64,000 nt of DNA from Promethearchaeota archaeon (GTDB taxonomy: Archaea > Asgardarchaeota > Lokiarchaeia > Sigyniarchaeales > SOKP01), in the NCBI GenBank assembly GCA_016839555.1, contig JAEOUA010000012.1, forward strand, positions 32,001 through 96,000. The letters run 5' to 3'. Of the stretch, positions 40,615 to 51,228 are shown one piece after another (the first letter of the stretch is position 1; each line of letters opens with the position of its first letter). The notes beneath the pieces were generated by a model, which was given only the letters and a program-made list of their open reading frames with translations, had not been told where the DNA came from and did no database searches. The position numbers were made by a program, and so were the translations under genes.

Positions 40615-41538
40615 ATGCTCAATGTAAAGATATCTAATTTAAATCTGAAATCACCACTAATTTTAGCCTCTGGTGTTCTTGGGGTATCATTTCATACAAT
40701 GGAACGAGTAATTAATGCGGGTGCGGGAGCCGTCACTACTAAATCTATTGGTCCTAAGCCTCGAAAAGGATATAAAAATCCCTCAGTTATAGAATTATAT
40801 TCTGGAACTTTTCTTAATTCCGTTGGATTAGCAAATCCCGGTGTAGATCAATTTTGTAAAGAACTTAAGAAATTACATAAAAGTAAATTCCCTTTAATCG
40901 CAAGCATTTTTGGTGATATAGAAGAAACCTATTGTAAAATTGCAATTAAAATGGAAGAGATAGGATGTGCTGCAGTTGAATTAAATATTTCATGCCCTCA
41001 TGCAGAAGTCTCATCAATTGGAATAAGTTCTGATCTAACCTACTCCCTTGTAAAAAAAATAAAAAGCGAGATTTCCATACCTATTTTTGTTAAGTTAAAT
41101 CCCAATGTTACTGATATCATTGAAATCGCTCTCGCAGCAGAGAAAGCAGGAGCGGATGCGGTTGTAGCAATCAATACTGTTGCAGCGATGGTAATCGATA
41201 TAAATACAAAAAGACCTATTCTTTCTCATGGAAGCGGGGGGCTTTCTGGTAAAGCTATTCATCCAATAGCAATTAAAAAAGTGTATGATCTTTATGAAGC
41301 CCTGAAAATACCTATAATTGGATGTGGGGGGGTTTTTGACTATAAAGATGTTATTGAATTCTTTTTAGCTGGAGCTTCATCAGTACAAATTGGTACTGCT
41401 TTATATCAAGGTATAGAAATAATTACAAAAATAAAAAATGATTTAGAAACTTATTTACGGGGTAATGATTATCATTCTATAATGGATATAAAGGGTCTTG
41501 CGCATGAATATAAAACTCAAGAGGTGCCAGATTATTGA
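40615..41538 (+). CDS. pyrD: Dihydroorotate dehydrogenase B, catalytic subunit
   Basis: LASG, TTKS, NSVGLANPG, ELNISCPH, GGLSG. Confidence 0.95.
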   Translation: MLNVKISNLNLKSPLILASGVLGVSFHTMERVINAGAGAVTTKSIGPKPRKGYKNPSVIELYSGTFLNSVGLANPGVDQFCKELKKLHKSKFPLIASIFGDIEETYCKIAIKMEEIGCAAVELNISCPHAEVSSIGISSDLTYSLVKKIKSEISIPIFVKLNPNVTDIIEIALAAEKAGADAVVAINTVAAMVIDINTKRPILSHGSGGLSGKAIHPIAIKKVYDLYEALKIPIIGCGGVFDYKDVIEFFLAGASSVQIGTALYQGIEIITKIKNDLETYLRGNDYHSIMDIKGLAHEYKTQEVPDY

Positions 41539-42377
41539 ATGATTATCAAATAAACACTGTAAAAATAGAAAATATTGAAGAAGAATGTAAAGATATTAAA
41601 AGTTTTACCTTTAATATATCAAGATCAAATATAGATAATGTAAGACCTTTACCTGGTCAATTTATTATGGTATGGGTTCCTGGAGTAGATGAGGTACCTA
41701 TGTCATTATCTAATGCAGATTCAAATGGCAATTGGACGATTACGGTTAAAAAAATTGGTGATTGTACTGAAGCATTGCATAATCTTAATGTGGGTGATTA
41801 TATTGGAATAAGAGGCCCCTTCGGAAACTCATTTATATTTCCAAAAGACACCTCACGGTTAATATTTCTGGTCGGAGGAGGTATTGGAATGGCACCTCTT
41901 AAATTCCTCGCTAAAGAAATATCTAAAAAGAAAATGAAATTTATTCTTATTGAAGGTGCGAACTATGATAAAGAAATATTATATATCGATGAATTTCAGA
42001 CGTTTTCCAAGGATATCTCTAAAATTTTTTATTGTACGGATGATGGAAGTTTTGGTACTGAAGGATTTGCTTCAAAAGTATTTCAAGAGGAGTTAAAAAA
42101 TTATTCAAAAAACCAGCTTTCTAATGCTCTTGCTTATACATGTGGTCCTGAAAAAATGATGTTTGAAGTATTTAAGATATGTGAAGAATATTCCATAATA
42201 TTAGAAGCAAGTCTAGAGAGAATGATGAGGTGTGGATGTGGTTTATGTGGGTTATGTGCAATTGATGACTTATTAGTTTGTAAAGATGGACCAATTTTTA
42301 ATTCCAAAATTCTGAGAAATCTTGATGATTTTGGCAAATATAAAAGAAATTTTTCAGGGAAAAAAATCAAAATCTGA
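41535..42377 (+). CDS. pyrK: Dihydroorotate dehydrogenase electron transfer subunit
   Basis: PGQFIMVW, RGPFGN, GGGIGMAP, MRCGCGLCGLC...CKDGP. Confidence 0.93.
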   Translation: MNDYQINTVKIENIEEECKDIKSFTFNISRSNIDNVRPLPGQFIMVWVPGVDEVPMSLSNADSNGNWTITVKKIGDCTEALHNLNVGDYIGIRGPFGNSFIFPKDTSRLIFLVGGGIGMAPLKFLAKEISKKKMKFILIEGANYDKEILYIDEFQTFSKDISKIFYCTDDGSFGTEGFASKVFQEELKNYSKNQLSNALAYTCGPEKMMFEVFKICEEYSIILEASLERMMRCGCGLCGLCAIDDLLVCKDGPIFNSKILRNLDDFGKYKRNFSGKKIKI

Positions 42378-42523
42378 GTTTTATTTTCAATAGAATCCAA
42401 ACACAGTTTAACCATTAATTTTTAGTGATTTAGGAAGGATTTTATCAGAAATTACCATAAACTATTTGTTCTATAATTCTATTTTTTTCATGTATTCGAA
42501 TCTATAAAAATCAAATCGGTTTT

Positions 42524-44146
42524 ATGAATCATCAAGTTGAAAAAATAGCTCAAGAAACAATCAATTACTTACTTCTTCATCCAAATATTAAACGTTCTAA
42601 AATTACTAATCTGAAAGGTAGATTTGCGAAGCAATTCAACTTCAATAAAGTCATCAAGAACGCAACTATTTTAGAATATGCTGATACAATTGATTTAACA
42701 GAGAAAGAAAGAAAACTTATTAATAAAAAATTACGGAGAAGAACCACTAGGAGTATCTCTGGAGTATCCGTAATTGCAATAATGACTAAACCCCTTGAGT
42801 GTCCAGGAACTTGTATTTATTGCCCTGGTCAAAATTCTCAACCAGGTGAAAAAGTGGCACAATCCTATACGGGAAGAGAACCTGCCGCAATGAGATCTAT
42901 ACATTATAATTATGATCCCTATAGGCAGGTACAAAGTAGGATCAGAGATTTGGAAGCAATTGGTCATAAAGTTGACAAGATTGAATTAATTATAATGGGA
43001 GGTACATTTCTTTCTGCTAATGTGACTTATCAGAAAAAATTTATTAAAGGTGCCTTAGAAGCAATAATAAATAAAAGAATGAATACTCTGAAAGAGGCGA
43101 AAAAAGCAGCCGAAGCTTCTAAGCGAAGAGTAATCGGTTTAACCATAGAAACAAGACCTGATTATTGTAAAGAAAAACATGTAGATTTGATGTTAGAATA
43201 TGGCACCACCCGAGTTGAGATCGGGGTTCAGACTATTTATGATGAGATATATAAATTAGTAAAAAGGGGGCATGATACGAGAGATAGTAAAGAAGCAATT
43301 CGAATTGCAAAAGACGCGGGATTAAAAGTCAATGCTCATATAATGCCAAATTTACCAGGCTCTAGTTATCAAAAAGATCTTAAATTGTTCGAACATTTAT
43401 TTTCAAATCCTAACTATCGACCAGATATGCTAAAGATATATCCTTGTTTAGTTATCAAAGGAACGGAATTATATAATTGGTGGCAAACAGGAAAATATAA
43501 ACCATATCCTTTAGAAACATTAATCGATTTAATTGCTAGAGCAAAACAAAACTTTCCACCCTATGTAAGAGTTCAGAGAATAATGCGTGATATTCCTGCT
43601 CCATTAATAGAAGCCGGTTGTAAAAAAAGCAATTTAAGGCAACTTGTGAACAATCGCTTAAATGAATTAAATATGGAATGTAATTGCATTCGTTGTAGAG
43701 AATATGGTATAAAAAAGAGAGATGAAACTTCAGAAATCAATATGCTACAAAATGTTCAATTAAATCGTTTGGATTACGAGGCTTCTAAAGGAAAAGAGAT
43801 ATTTTTATCTTACGAAAATAATGAGGAAAATTACTTAGTGGGTTATTTAAGGTTGCGTAAACCTTCGCCTCTAGCACATAGACCTGAACTAAATGATGGA
43901 AGAACTTTAATTGTAAGAGAAATAAAAGTTGTGGGGGAACTTGTCCCAAAAAAATCAAAACCTTACAAAAAAATTCAAGCCCAACATAGAGGTTTTGGAA
44001 CCTCCCTTTTAGAGGAAGCAGAACGTATATGTATAGTAGAATTTGATGCCAAAAAACTTTCTGTTATAAGTGGAATCGGAGTAAGAAAATGGTTTTATGA
44101 GATGGATTATAGACTTGACGGTCCTTACGTATCTAAATTTCTTTAA
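42524..44146 (+). CDS. elp3: tRNA uridine(34) acetyltransferase Elp3
   Basis: CPGTCIYCPG, SYTGREP, ETRPDYC, QHRGFG, VISGIGVR. Confidence 0.95.
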   Translation: MNHQVEKIAQETINYLLLHPNIKRSKITNLKGRFAKQFNFNKVIKNATILEYADTIDLTEKERKLINKKLRRRTTRSISGVSVIAIMTKPLECPGTCIYCPGQNSQPGEKVAQSYTGREPAAMRSIHYNYDPYRQVQSRIRDLEAIGHKVDKIELIIMGGTFLSANVTYQKKFIKGALEAIINKRMNTLKEAKKAAEASKRRVIGLTIETRPDYCKEKHVDLMLEYGTTRVEIGVQTIYDEIYKLVKRGHDTRDSKEAIRIAKDAGLKVNAHIMPNLPGSSYQKDLKLFEHLFSNPNYRPDMLKIYPCLVIKGTELYNWWQTGKYKPYPLETLIDLIARAKQNFPPYVRVQRIMRDIPAPLIEAGCKKSNLRQLVNNRLNELNMECNCIRCREYGIKKRDETSEINMLQNVQLNRLDYEASKGKEIFLSYENNEENYLVGYLRLRKPSPLAHRPELNDGRTLIVREIKVVGELVPKKSKPYKKIQAQHRGFGTSLLEEAERICIVEFDAKKLSVISGIGVRKWFYEMDYRLDGPYVSKFL

Positions 44147-44486
44147 TACACAAAACCATTTCTATAATATGTCTTTTTTAACTTCTTCCCTTAAAGTTAT
44201 GGTTGTAAGAAATGATTGAAAAAAATTTATCACTCATTCTATCTTATACAATAAAGAAATCTATTTCTCCTTTTTAAATATGAATATTAGATTTGTGTTA
44301 TTATTATTAGAAAATAAGCAGATAGAAGCTCTTAAATATAATAAAATAATTCGTTCATTTTTAATAATCTAAAAATTGAATCTTTTGATTTCTACTTTGG
44401 TTTATTTATGATAAAAAAAACCTTTAAAAATAAAAAAGATCAATACTCTTATCTAATATATATCTATATAATTAATATATCTAAAG

Positions 44487-45560
44487 ATGACTAAACAAAA
44501 ATTCTTATCGAGGAAAAAAACAGCTCAGCAATCTATTTCTATACCTTCTTCACTTAGAGAAGAAATTATTCAATATGTTAAAAAAAATTATGAAAAACAT
44601 CCCGAAGATAAGAGATTTAGCAGTATATCGGCATTTTATACGACCGTTATGGAAAAGGCAATGAAATGTTTTGAAAAAGGAAAATCTTTAGAAGATTTTG
44701 AACAATTTGCGGATGGAGAAATGACAGGTTTTTATGACCAATTTTCATTTGATGCTCTTAAACCCCTCTATGAGATGATCACTGAAACTAATAGGTATAC
44801 CGAACTTGATTATGAGGATCCCTTAATGTTTTTCCTCAGAGGAAAGGAATTAATTGAAAAATTTATTAGAAAAAGGGATTTAAAACAGGTTGGAATTTTT
44901 CTTAAAAGAGCAGAAATCTATTTTGCACGAAATAAAATAGCATCTAAACTTAACTTTGAACCTTTATATATTAAGAAGAAGGAACATCCGGGAATTAGAG
45001 TAGAAGCATTTTGTATTTATGAAAATATTTGTTTTGAAAACTCAAAATTTTTTGCGGGAATCTTCGCAATGTTAGGAATGAAGGTTGTAGATTTTATTCA
45101 CTCCAAAAAAAATTCTTATTTCAGAATTGACGCGATTCCCACAGATTTATTTTTCAATAATAATTCGGCGAAAAGGGAACGTCTCAAATTACTTGATTAC
45201 AATATGTCCCTAATAACAAATTATAAAAGGGTAGTCCATGATAAAGACTTTTATTTATGGATGAAAATGGCTAAAGATAATGGGGTTTTTCTTGACTTTC
45301 ATAATGAATTTACTAAAAAAAAATGGATTGATTTAATTCAATTAGATATTAAAAAATCTTCACCTCCTGATCAGTTTCTTATTAGTTTATTAAAATTCTT
45401 TGAACGACTTCACTGGATTAATATTGTAAATGAAAAAGATTTGATCTTCAAATTTACTCTTCCAGTTCCTAATTATAAAACAAAAAAAAAAATCTTATTC
45501 AATTATTTGTCTAAATATTCGAAAATTCAAAAAATGGATGATAATTATCTTTTAGGTTAA
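44487..45560 (+). CDS. Hypothetical protein, tandem paralog 1 (N-terminal RHH-like)
   Basis: QQSISIPSSL...SISAFY; colinear with the next ORF. Confidence 0.7.
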   Translation: MTKQKFLSRKKTAQQSISIPSSLREEIIQYVKKNYEKHPEDKRFSSISAFYTTVMEKAMKCFEKGKSLEDFEQFADGEMTGFYDQFSFDALKPLYEMITETNRYTELDYEDPLMFFLRGKELIEKFIRKRDLKQVGIFLKRAEIYFARNKIASKLNFEPLYIKKKEHPGIRVEAFCIYENICFENSKFFAGIFAMLGMKVVDFIHSKKNSYFRIDAIPTDLFFNNNSAKRERLKLLDYNMSLITNYKRVVHDKDFYLWMKMAKDNGVFLDFHNEFTKKKWIDLIQLDIKKSSPPDQFLISLLKFFERLHWINIVNEKDLIFKFTLPVPNYKTKKKILFNYLSKYSKIQKMDDNYLLG

Positions 45561-45588
45561 AATACATTATTAAAAAGGCGATTAAAAA

Positions 45589-46647
45589 ATGGTATCAAAT
45601 GACAAAAGAACTCAGCAATCTATTTCTATATCTCCCGCACTTAAAGAATGGATTACTAGATATATTAATGTAAATCATAAACAATTTCCCGATGATACCA
45701 AATATAAAACCATATCGGCATTTTATACTTATGTTATGGCAAAAACGATGAATTGTTTTAAGCAGAGAAAAACCCTCGATGATTTTGATCGATTTTTAAA
45801 TCAAGAATTTACCTCGTTTTATGATAAAATAACCTTTAGAGCAATTAAACCTTTTTATGAGAATATTATTAAAACTAATAGGTATACCAATCATGATTAT
45901 GATTCTGTATTAGATTTTTTTTTGAAATTTATAGAACACTTTAAGGAATACTTTCAAGCAAGGAATCTTAATGAAATAGAACTTTTTCTTAGAAATTTCA
46001 TGATTTATTTTGCAAAAAATAAAATTATCTCCGATCTGAAAATAGAAATAATAAAAAAGACTTCCTTAAGATCTCCCATTCTGTCTCTAGAAGCAATTTG
46101 TAATCATCCTAATATTTGCTATGAAAATACTAAGTTTATTATAGCTATTTTTAGTATGTTAGGGATTGAATTGGTGGATTTTATTTATTCTAAAAAGAAT
46201 CCCTATTTCAGAATTGATTTTATCCCCACAGAACTGTTTAAGATGGAGAAAATACCTGAAGAAGCACGATTAAAATTGTTTAAAAAAAATTTTTCATTAT
46301 TAACTAATCTTAAAAAGGTCATTAATGACAAAGATTATTATTTATGGATGAAAATGGCTAACGATAAAGGGATTTTTGTTAATTTTAGTAATGATTACAC
46401 CCTAAAGAAATGGATTAATTTAATTGAATCGGACATAAAAAAATTTTCAATTGAAGATAAATTTCTTCTTAATATGCTGAAATTCTTTGAAAAAATCCAT
46501 TGGATTAATATAGAAAACGAAAATGATCTTATTTTTGAAATTTGTTTTGCCAATCCCGAACATAATAAAAAAAGAGAATTATTACTTAATTATTTCTCAA
46601 AATATTCAAAAATTAAACAAATTGAACAAAAATATCAATTACTATAA
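45589..46647 (+). CDS. Hypothetical protein, tandem paralog 2
   Basis: Shares QQSISI, ISAFYT, TNRYT, NIC.EN.KF, YFRID, YLWMKMA.D.G, KFFE..HWINI with 44487..45560. Confidence 0.7.
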   Translation: MVSNDKRTQQSISISPALKEWITRYINVNHKQFPDDTKYKTISAFYTYVMAKTMNCFKQRKTLDDFDRFLNQEFTSFYDKITFRAIKPFYENIIKTNRYTNHDYDSVLDFFLKFIEHFKEYFQARNLNEIELFLRNFMIYFAKNKIISDLKIEIIKKTSLRSPILSLEAICNHPNICYENTKFIIAIFSMLGIELVDFIYSKKNPYFRIDFIPTELFKMEKIPEEARLKLFKKNFSLLTNLKKVINDKDYYLWMKMANDKGIFVNFSNDYTLKKWINLIESDIKKFSIEDKFLLNMLKFFEKIHWINIENENDLIFEICFANPEHNKKRELLLNYFSKYSKIKQIEQKYQLL

Positions 46648-46769
46648 AGGTTATCACTTTTAAAAATCTTTTTTTCCAAAAGAGATCATTCATTTTATAA
46701 AAAAACTTCAATTTTGAATGAATTCCTTTATAAGATAATTTTTTTGCTATAGTATGTTTATTTTAAATA

Positions 46770-48695
46770 ATGGAAAAATTTGATTTTGATTACGAGAAAC
46801 TCGGTTTAAAATGCGGCTTAGAAATTCATCAGCAGCTTGATTCAAAAACCAAATTATTTTGTAGATGTCCAAGTGAACTTCAAGGAACCAGAAAACCAGA
46901 TTTTACTCTAAAGAGAGAGATGAGACCTGTATTAGGAGAAATGGGTTCATTCGATCAGGCAATGCTTACCGAATATGAAAAGAATGTAGATATAATCTAT
47001 GAGTGTTATAATGATGTAATATGTACCTATGAAATAGATGAGACTCCACCTTTTGAATGTAATCAAGAAGCGAGAAAGATCGCCCTTGAGATTGCACTTT
47101 TACTGAATTCAAATATTATTAGAGAAATGCATGTATGCAGGAAAAACTATTTAGATGGTTCAGTCCCTTGCGGATTTCAGAGAACCATGATTTTAGGAAA
47201 AGATGGATATATAACGATGGAGAATGGCAAAAAGATTGGAATTGATATCATTTGTTTGGAGGAGGATGCTGCTCGTCTAATAAAAACCGAACATAAAACA
47301 AATTATTTTAGATTAGATCGTCTGGGTATTCCCCTAGTCGAGATAACCACAAAGCCGGAAATAAACCATCCCGAAGAATGTAGAGAATGTGCTGAACGTT
47401 TAGGCTTATTGCTCTGGGCAACGAAAGTCAAAAAAGTATTAGGAGCTATTCGACAAGATGTAAATGTAAGTGTAAAAAAAGGTACTCGAATTGAAATTAA
47501 GGGTGTACAAAAATTAGATTGGATCCCTCTTTTAATTAATCATGAAATCTTAAGACAAACGAATTTAATTAAAGTAAAAGAAGAACTGGAAAAGAAAGGA
47601 TTGACAGAAAAAGATATTTCCTCTGAAGCAATTGATTTATCAGAGAAACTGTCAAAATCTAAGTGTGATTTTATTGCGAAGGGTATAAAATCAAGAAAAA
47701 AATTATATGGCTTAAATTTTAAAAGATTTAAAGGAATTTTTGGAAAAGAATTAATGTCCGATTATAGATTTGGTACAGAAGTAAGCAGTAAAGTGAAATC
47801 TATCTCTGGGTTGAAAGGATTAATTCACTCTGATGAAGATTTAAAAAAATATAATTTTTCGGATGGGGATCTCAAAATTCTCTCACAAGAACTGAATTCA
47901 AAAGAAAATGACTGTTATGTTTTGGTCTTAGGTAAACACAAAGAATTAGAAAAAGCTATTAATGTGATCCAAAACCGCGTGAAATATGCTTTTAAGGGAG
48001 TCCCTCCTGAAACACGACGTGCGCTTGAAAACGGAAATACTGAGTTTTTGAGAGAATTACATGGCGGAGCAAGATTATATCCAGATACAGATTCACAAGC
48101 TATACTAAATAAGCAAGAAGAGATAAATTATGTAGCAGAGACTCTTCCAGAATATCCATGGGACATTATCGAAAAATATTCTAAAAAATACCAAACAGAA
48201 AAAAGAATAATTAAAGAGCTTATTTTTAATAATTATTTATCATTATTCAATAAATTAATTGAATTTTATCCAAAGGATCCCACTTTGATATTCACAACTT
48301 TATTAGAAACGACGACTGCGTTAAAAAGAGATGGAAAAGATATTGAAAAAATAACAGATAAAGATTATATCCAAATATTCACACTTTTAAAAGATAAAGA
48401 AATTGGAAAAGAAGCAATTGAAGAAATTATGATTCATAAAGCAGATAATCCACATTTGTCTATAAATGAAATAAAAAAGAATCTCGGGCTTAAAAAAGTT
48501 AATATGAATGAGTTGCATAAAATCTTATCGAATTTAGTAAAACAAAATGAAAAGTTAATAAAAGAAAAGAAGATGAAAGCAATGGGGCCATTAATGGGTG
48601 ATGCGATGGAAGAGCTTCGTGGGAAAATTGATGGCTCTATAATATCAAAAGAATTAAAAAACTTAATCCAAGAAAAACTTAAAGAGTTGAAATAA
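46770..48695 (+). CDS. gatE: Glu-tRNA(Gln) amidotransferase subunit E
   Basis: GLKCGLEIHQQL..KLFC, LEEDAAR, RQDVNVS, ARLYPDTD. Confidence 0.96.
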   Translation: MEKFDFDYEKLGLKCGLEIHQQLDSKTKLFCRCPSELQGTRKPDFTLKREMRPVLGEMGSFDQAMLTEYEKNVDIIYECYNDVICTYEIDETPPFECNQEARKIALEIALLLNSNIIREMHVCRKNYLDGSVPCGFQRTMILGKDGYITMENGKKIGIDIICLEEDAARLIKTEHKTNYFRLDRLGIPLVEITTKPEINHPEECRECAERLGLLLWATKVKKVLGAIRQDVNVSVKKGTRIEIKGVQKLDWIPLLINHEILRQTNLIKVKEELEKKGLTEKDISSEAIDLSEKLSKSKCDFIAKGIKSRKKLYGLNFKRFKGIFGKELMSDYRFGTEVSSKVKSISGLKGLIHSDEDLKKYNFSDGDLKILSQELNSKENDCYVLVLGKHKELEKAINVIQNRVKYAFKGVPPETRRALENGNTEFLRELHGGARLYPDTDSQAILNKQEEINYVAETLPEYPWDIIEKYSKKYQTEKRIIKELIFNNYLSLFNKLIEFYPKDPTLIFTTLLETTTALKRDGKDIEKITDKDYIQIFTLLKDKEIGKEAIEEIMIHKADNPHLSINEIKKNLGLKKVNMNELHKILSNLVKQNEKLIKEKKMKAMGPLMGDAMEELRGKIDGSIISKELKNLIQEKLKELK

Positions 48696-50057
48696 ATGAG
48701 TGAAGATTTAAAGGGTTATAAAGGAAAGGCGAAGAAAGTTTTAGAAGAGAAGAACATTCGAATCTGGGATATTCTCAGAATTAAGACTCATAAAACAGAA
48801 TATGAGGGTATTTTATTACCTCGTAATGAATATTCAAAACCTGATTATGTGGAAATAAAACTTGAAAATAATTATAATGTTGGAATTAATTTTGAAGATA
48901 TTACTGAAATAACAAAAATAGGAGAAAAAGAAGCTCATTACAAAATTCCCGAAAAAAAATTCCCTAGAACTAAAGGATTCCCTGAAGTGACTTTACTCGG
49001 GACGGGAGGTACTGTGGCCTCTCGATTAGATTATACCACTGGAGCCGTGATTCCTGCTTTTACTCCCGGTGAATTATTTAGTGCTGTTCCAGAATTGGCC
49101 GATATATGTAATTTAGAAACAGAAATCTTGTTCAAAATGTTATCGGAGAATATGAAGCCCGGTGTTTGGCAAAAACTAGCCGAGAAGGTCGAAGACTTAG
49201 CAAACTCAGGAAAAGATGGAATTATTATAGCCCATGGCACGGATACTATGGGATATACGTCTTCAGCTTTATCTTTTATGTTAAAGGATCTTTCCATACC
49301 TGTGGTTCTAGTAGGGAGTCAGAGAAGCTCAGATAGACCTTCATCCGATGCTGCGCTAAACTTAATTAACGCTGCTACGGTTGCTTCCTCTGATATTGCC
49401 GAAGTGATGGTTGTAATGTTAGGATCTTCCTCTCATAATTATGGATTAATTCATAAAGGAACTCTTGTTAGAAAGATGCATACTTCCTATAGAAATACTT
49501 TCAGAACTATTGATGATATCCCTATGGGTATGGTAAAAGATGGAAAAATTCATATGTTTAAGAAAGAATATAATAAAAAATCTAATAAAAAAACTAAAGC
49601 TCTAACAGATTTTGAAGAAAAAATTGGGTTGGTATATTCCTATCCGGGTTTAACTAATGAAGAAATTCATTTTTATATAGATAAAGGATATAAAGGGATT
49701 GTATTAATTGGCACAGGTTTAGGACATGTAAGCACTCGTGTCTTTAATTCAATCAAAAGAGCTATTGAAGAAAATATTATTGTCCTCATGACCTCTCAAA
49801 CACTTCACGGATTTATTGGAATGAATGTTTATTCAACTGGACGTGAACTGCTTGATCTTGGGGTGATCCCAGGACAAAATTTGATACCTGAAACTGCCTA
49901 CATAAAATTAGGATGGGTTTTAGGTAATACGGATTCTCTCGAAGAAGCTAAAGAATTATTATCAACAAATATCGCAGGAGAATTTATTGAGAGAGAAATA
50001 CCAATTGCATTTAACTATGACAGTGATCAACTTATAAAAGAATTTGATTCAAAATAA
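48696..50057 (+). CDS. gatD: Glu-tRNA(Gln) amidotransferase subunit D
   Basis: GTGGTVASRLDY, HGTDTM, GSQRSSDRPSSD. Confidence 0.96.
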   Translation: MSEDLKGYKGKAKKVLEEKNIRIWDILRIKTHKTEYEGILLPRNEYSKPDYVEIKLENNYNVGINFEDITEITKIGEKEAHYKIPEKKFPRTKGFPEVTLLGTGGTVASRLDYTTGAVIPAFTPGELFSAVPELADICNLETEILFKMLSENMKPGVWQKLAEKVEDLANSGKDGIIIAHGTDTMGYTSSALSFMLKDLSIPVVLVGSQRSSDRPSSDAALNLINAATVASSDIAEVMVVMLGSSSHNYGLIHKGTLVRKMHTSYRNTFRTIDDIPMGMVKDGKIHMFKKEYNKKSNKKTKALTDFEEKIGLVYSYPGLTNEEIHFYIDKGYKGIVLIGTGLGHVSTRVFNSIKRAIEENIIVLMTSQTLHGFIGMNVYSTGRELLDLGVIPGQNLIPETAYIKLGWVLGNTDSLEEAKELLSTNIAGEFIEREIPIAFNYDSDQLIKEFDSK

Positions 50058-50247
50058 TTAGGTCTATTAACTTAATTTTCTCTTTTAAAATCTATCTTTT
50101 GATCTTTTTAATATGAAAGGCTGAATGAAAATGCGAATTATTGTGGAAGCTTTATTAAAATTTTTGAATTCATTAAAAATTTAAGTTTTAAGTAATTATT
50201 ATAAGTAATTATTATTAATAATTTAATTACTCGCTCTGGTAAGCAAA

Positions 50248-51003
50248 ATGGGTAAACGTATATTAGCACAGAGAAAAGGCTATGGACATATTTGGGCTCG
50301 CTCACCCAGTCATAGACATATTGGAGAAATAAAATACCGACGCTTTAAAGAGAATGAGACGAGTCTTGATTTTAAAATTATCGATCTTCTTCATTCTCCT
50401 GGAAGAGGGGCACCTGTTGCAAAAATAGAATATGAAGATGGAATAATAGACTTATATTTACCTCCGGAAGGAGTTTATGTAGGACAAGAATTCACTCAAA
50501 CGAGAAAAGATATCGATCAATTAAAAACCGTTAAAAGAAAAAAAGCACAAATCAATGTTGGAAATATTGTCCCCCTTAAAAAAATCCCTATAGGTACTTT
50601 AATATTTAATATTGAAAGTATTCCACAAGATGGGGGTAAATTCGCTCGCTCTTCGGGAGTAGCGGCAACTGTGACAGAAAAATCTGGTAATAAAGTGAAA
50701 GTATTATTTAGATCAAAAAAGTCAAAATGGATTAATGGCGACTGCCTAGCTACAATTGGGGTTGTCGCTGGGGGAGGTAGGATTGATAAACCATTCCTAA
50801 AAGCTGGAAATAAATATTATGCTCTTAGATCTAAAGCAAAAAAATGGCCTGTTGTACGAGGAGTTGCTATGAATGCAGTTAGTCACCCCCATGGGGGTGG
50901 AGCGAAACAATCCCCCCATAAATCAACCACTATATCTCGTGATACCCCACCAGGACGGAAAGTAGGTCAGATAGCTGCCCGCAGAACAGGACATTCTAAT
51001 TAA
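50248..51003 (+). CDS. rpl2: 50S ribosomal protein uL2
   Basis: MGKRILAQRKG, PGRGAP, WPVVRGVAMNAVSHPHGGG, ARRTG. Confidence 0.97.
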   Translation: MGKRILAQRKGYGHIWARSPSHRHIGEIKYRRFKENETSLDFKIIDLLHSPGRGAPVAKIEYEDGIIDLYLPPEGVYVGQEFTQTRKDIDQLKTVKRKKAQINVGNIVPLKKIPIGTLIFNIESIPQDGGKFARSSGVAATVTEKSGNKVKVLFRSKKSKWINGDCLATIGVVAGGGRIDKPFLKAGNKYYALRSKAKKWPVVRGVAMNAVSHPHGGGAKQSPHKSTTISRDTPPGRKVGQIAARRTGHSN

Positions 51004-51228
51004 TTGTTTCTTTTACTTATTTATTTGTATTGGATTTTTCAATAGATGGTTTTTTCTAGATCAGCATTCTATTAAAGATAATCTGAACCATTAGAAATTA
51101 CTATTTTATAGGATTTCTATTTGACAAATAATTTATCTATTATTTTTAATAACAACTATTATTTTTTTTAAACTTTAATTACTACTAATAGAAATAACAA
51201 CTGAATTTAATGCAAATAATTAAAAAAA

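Noticed and set aside
50490-50550. Apparent insertion in uL2 as another in-frame intron
   Set aside because: No BHB-like pairing found; treated as a protein loop insertion.
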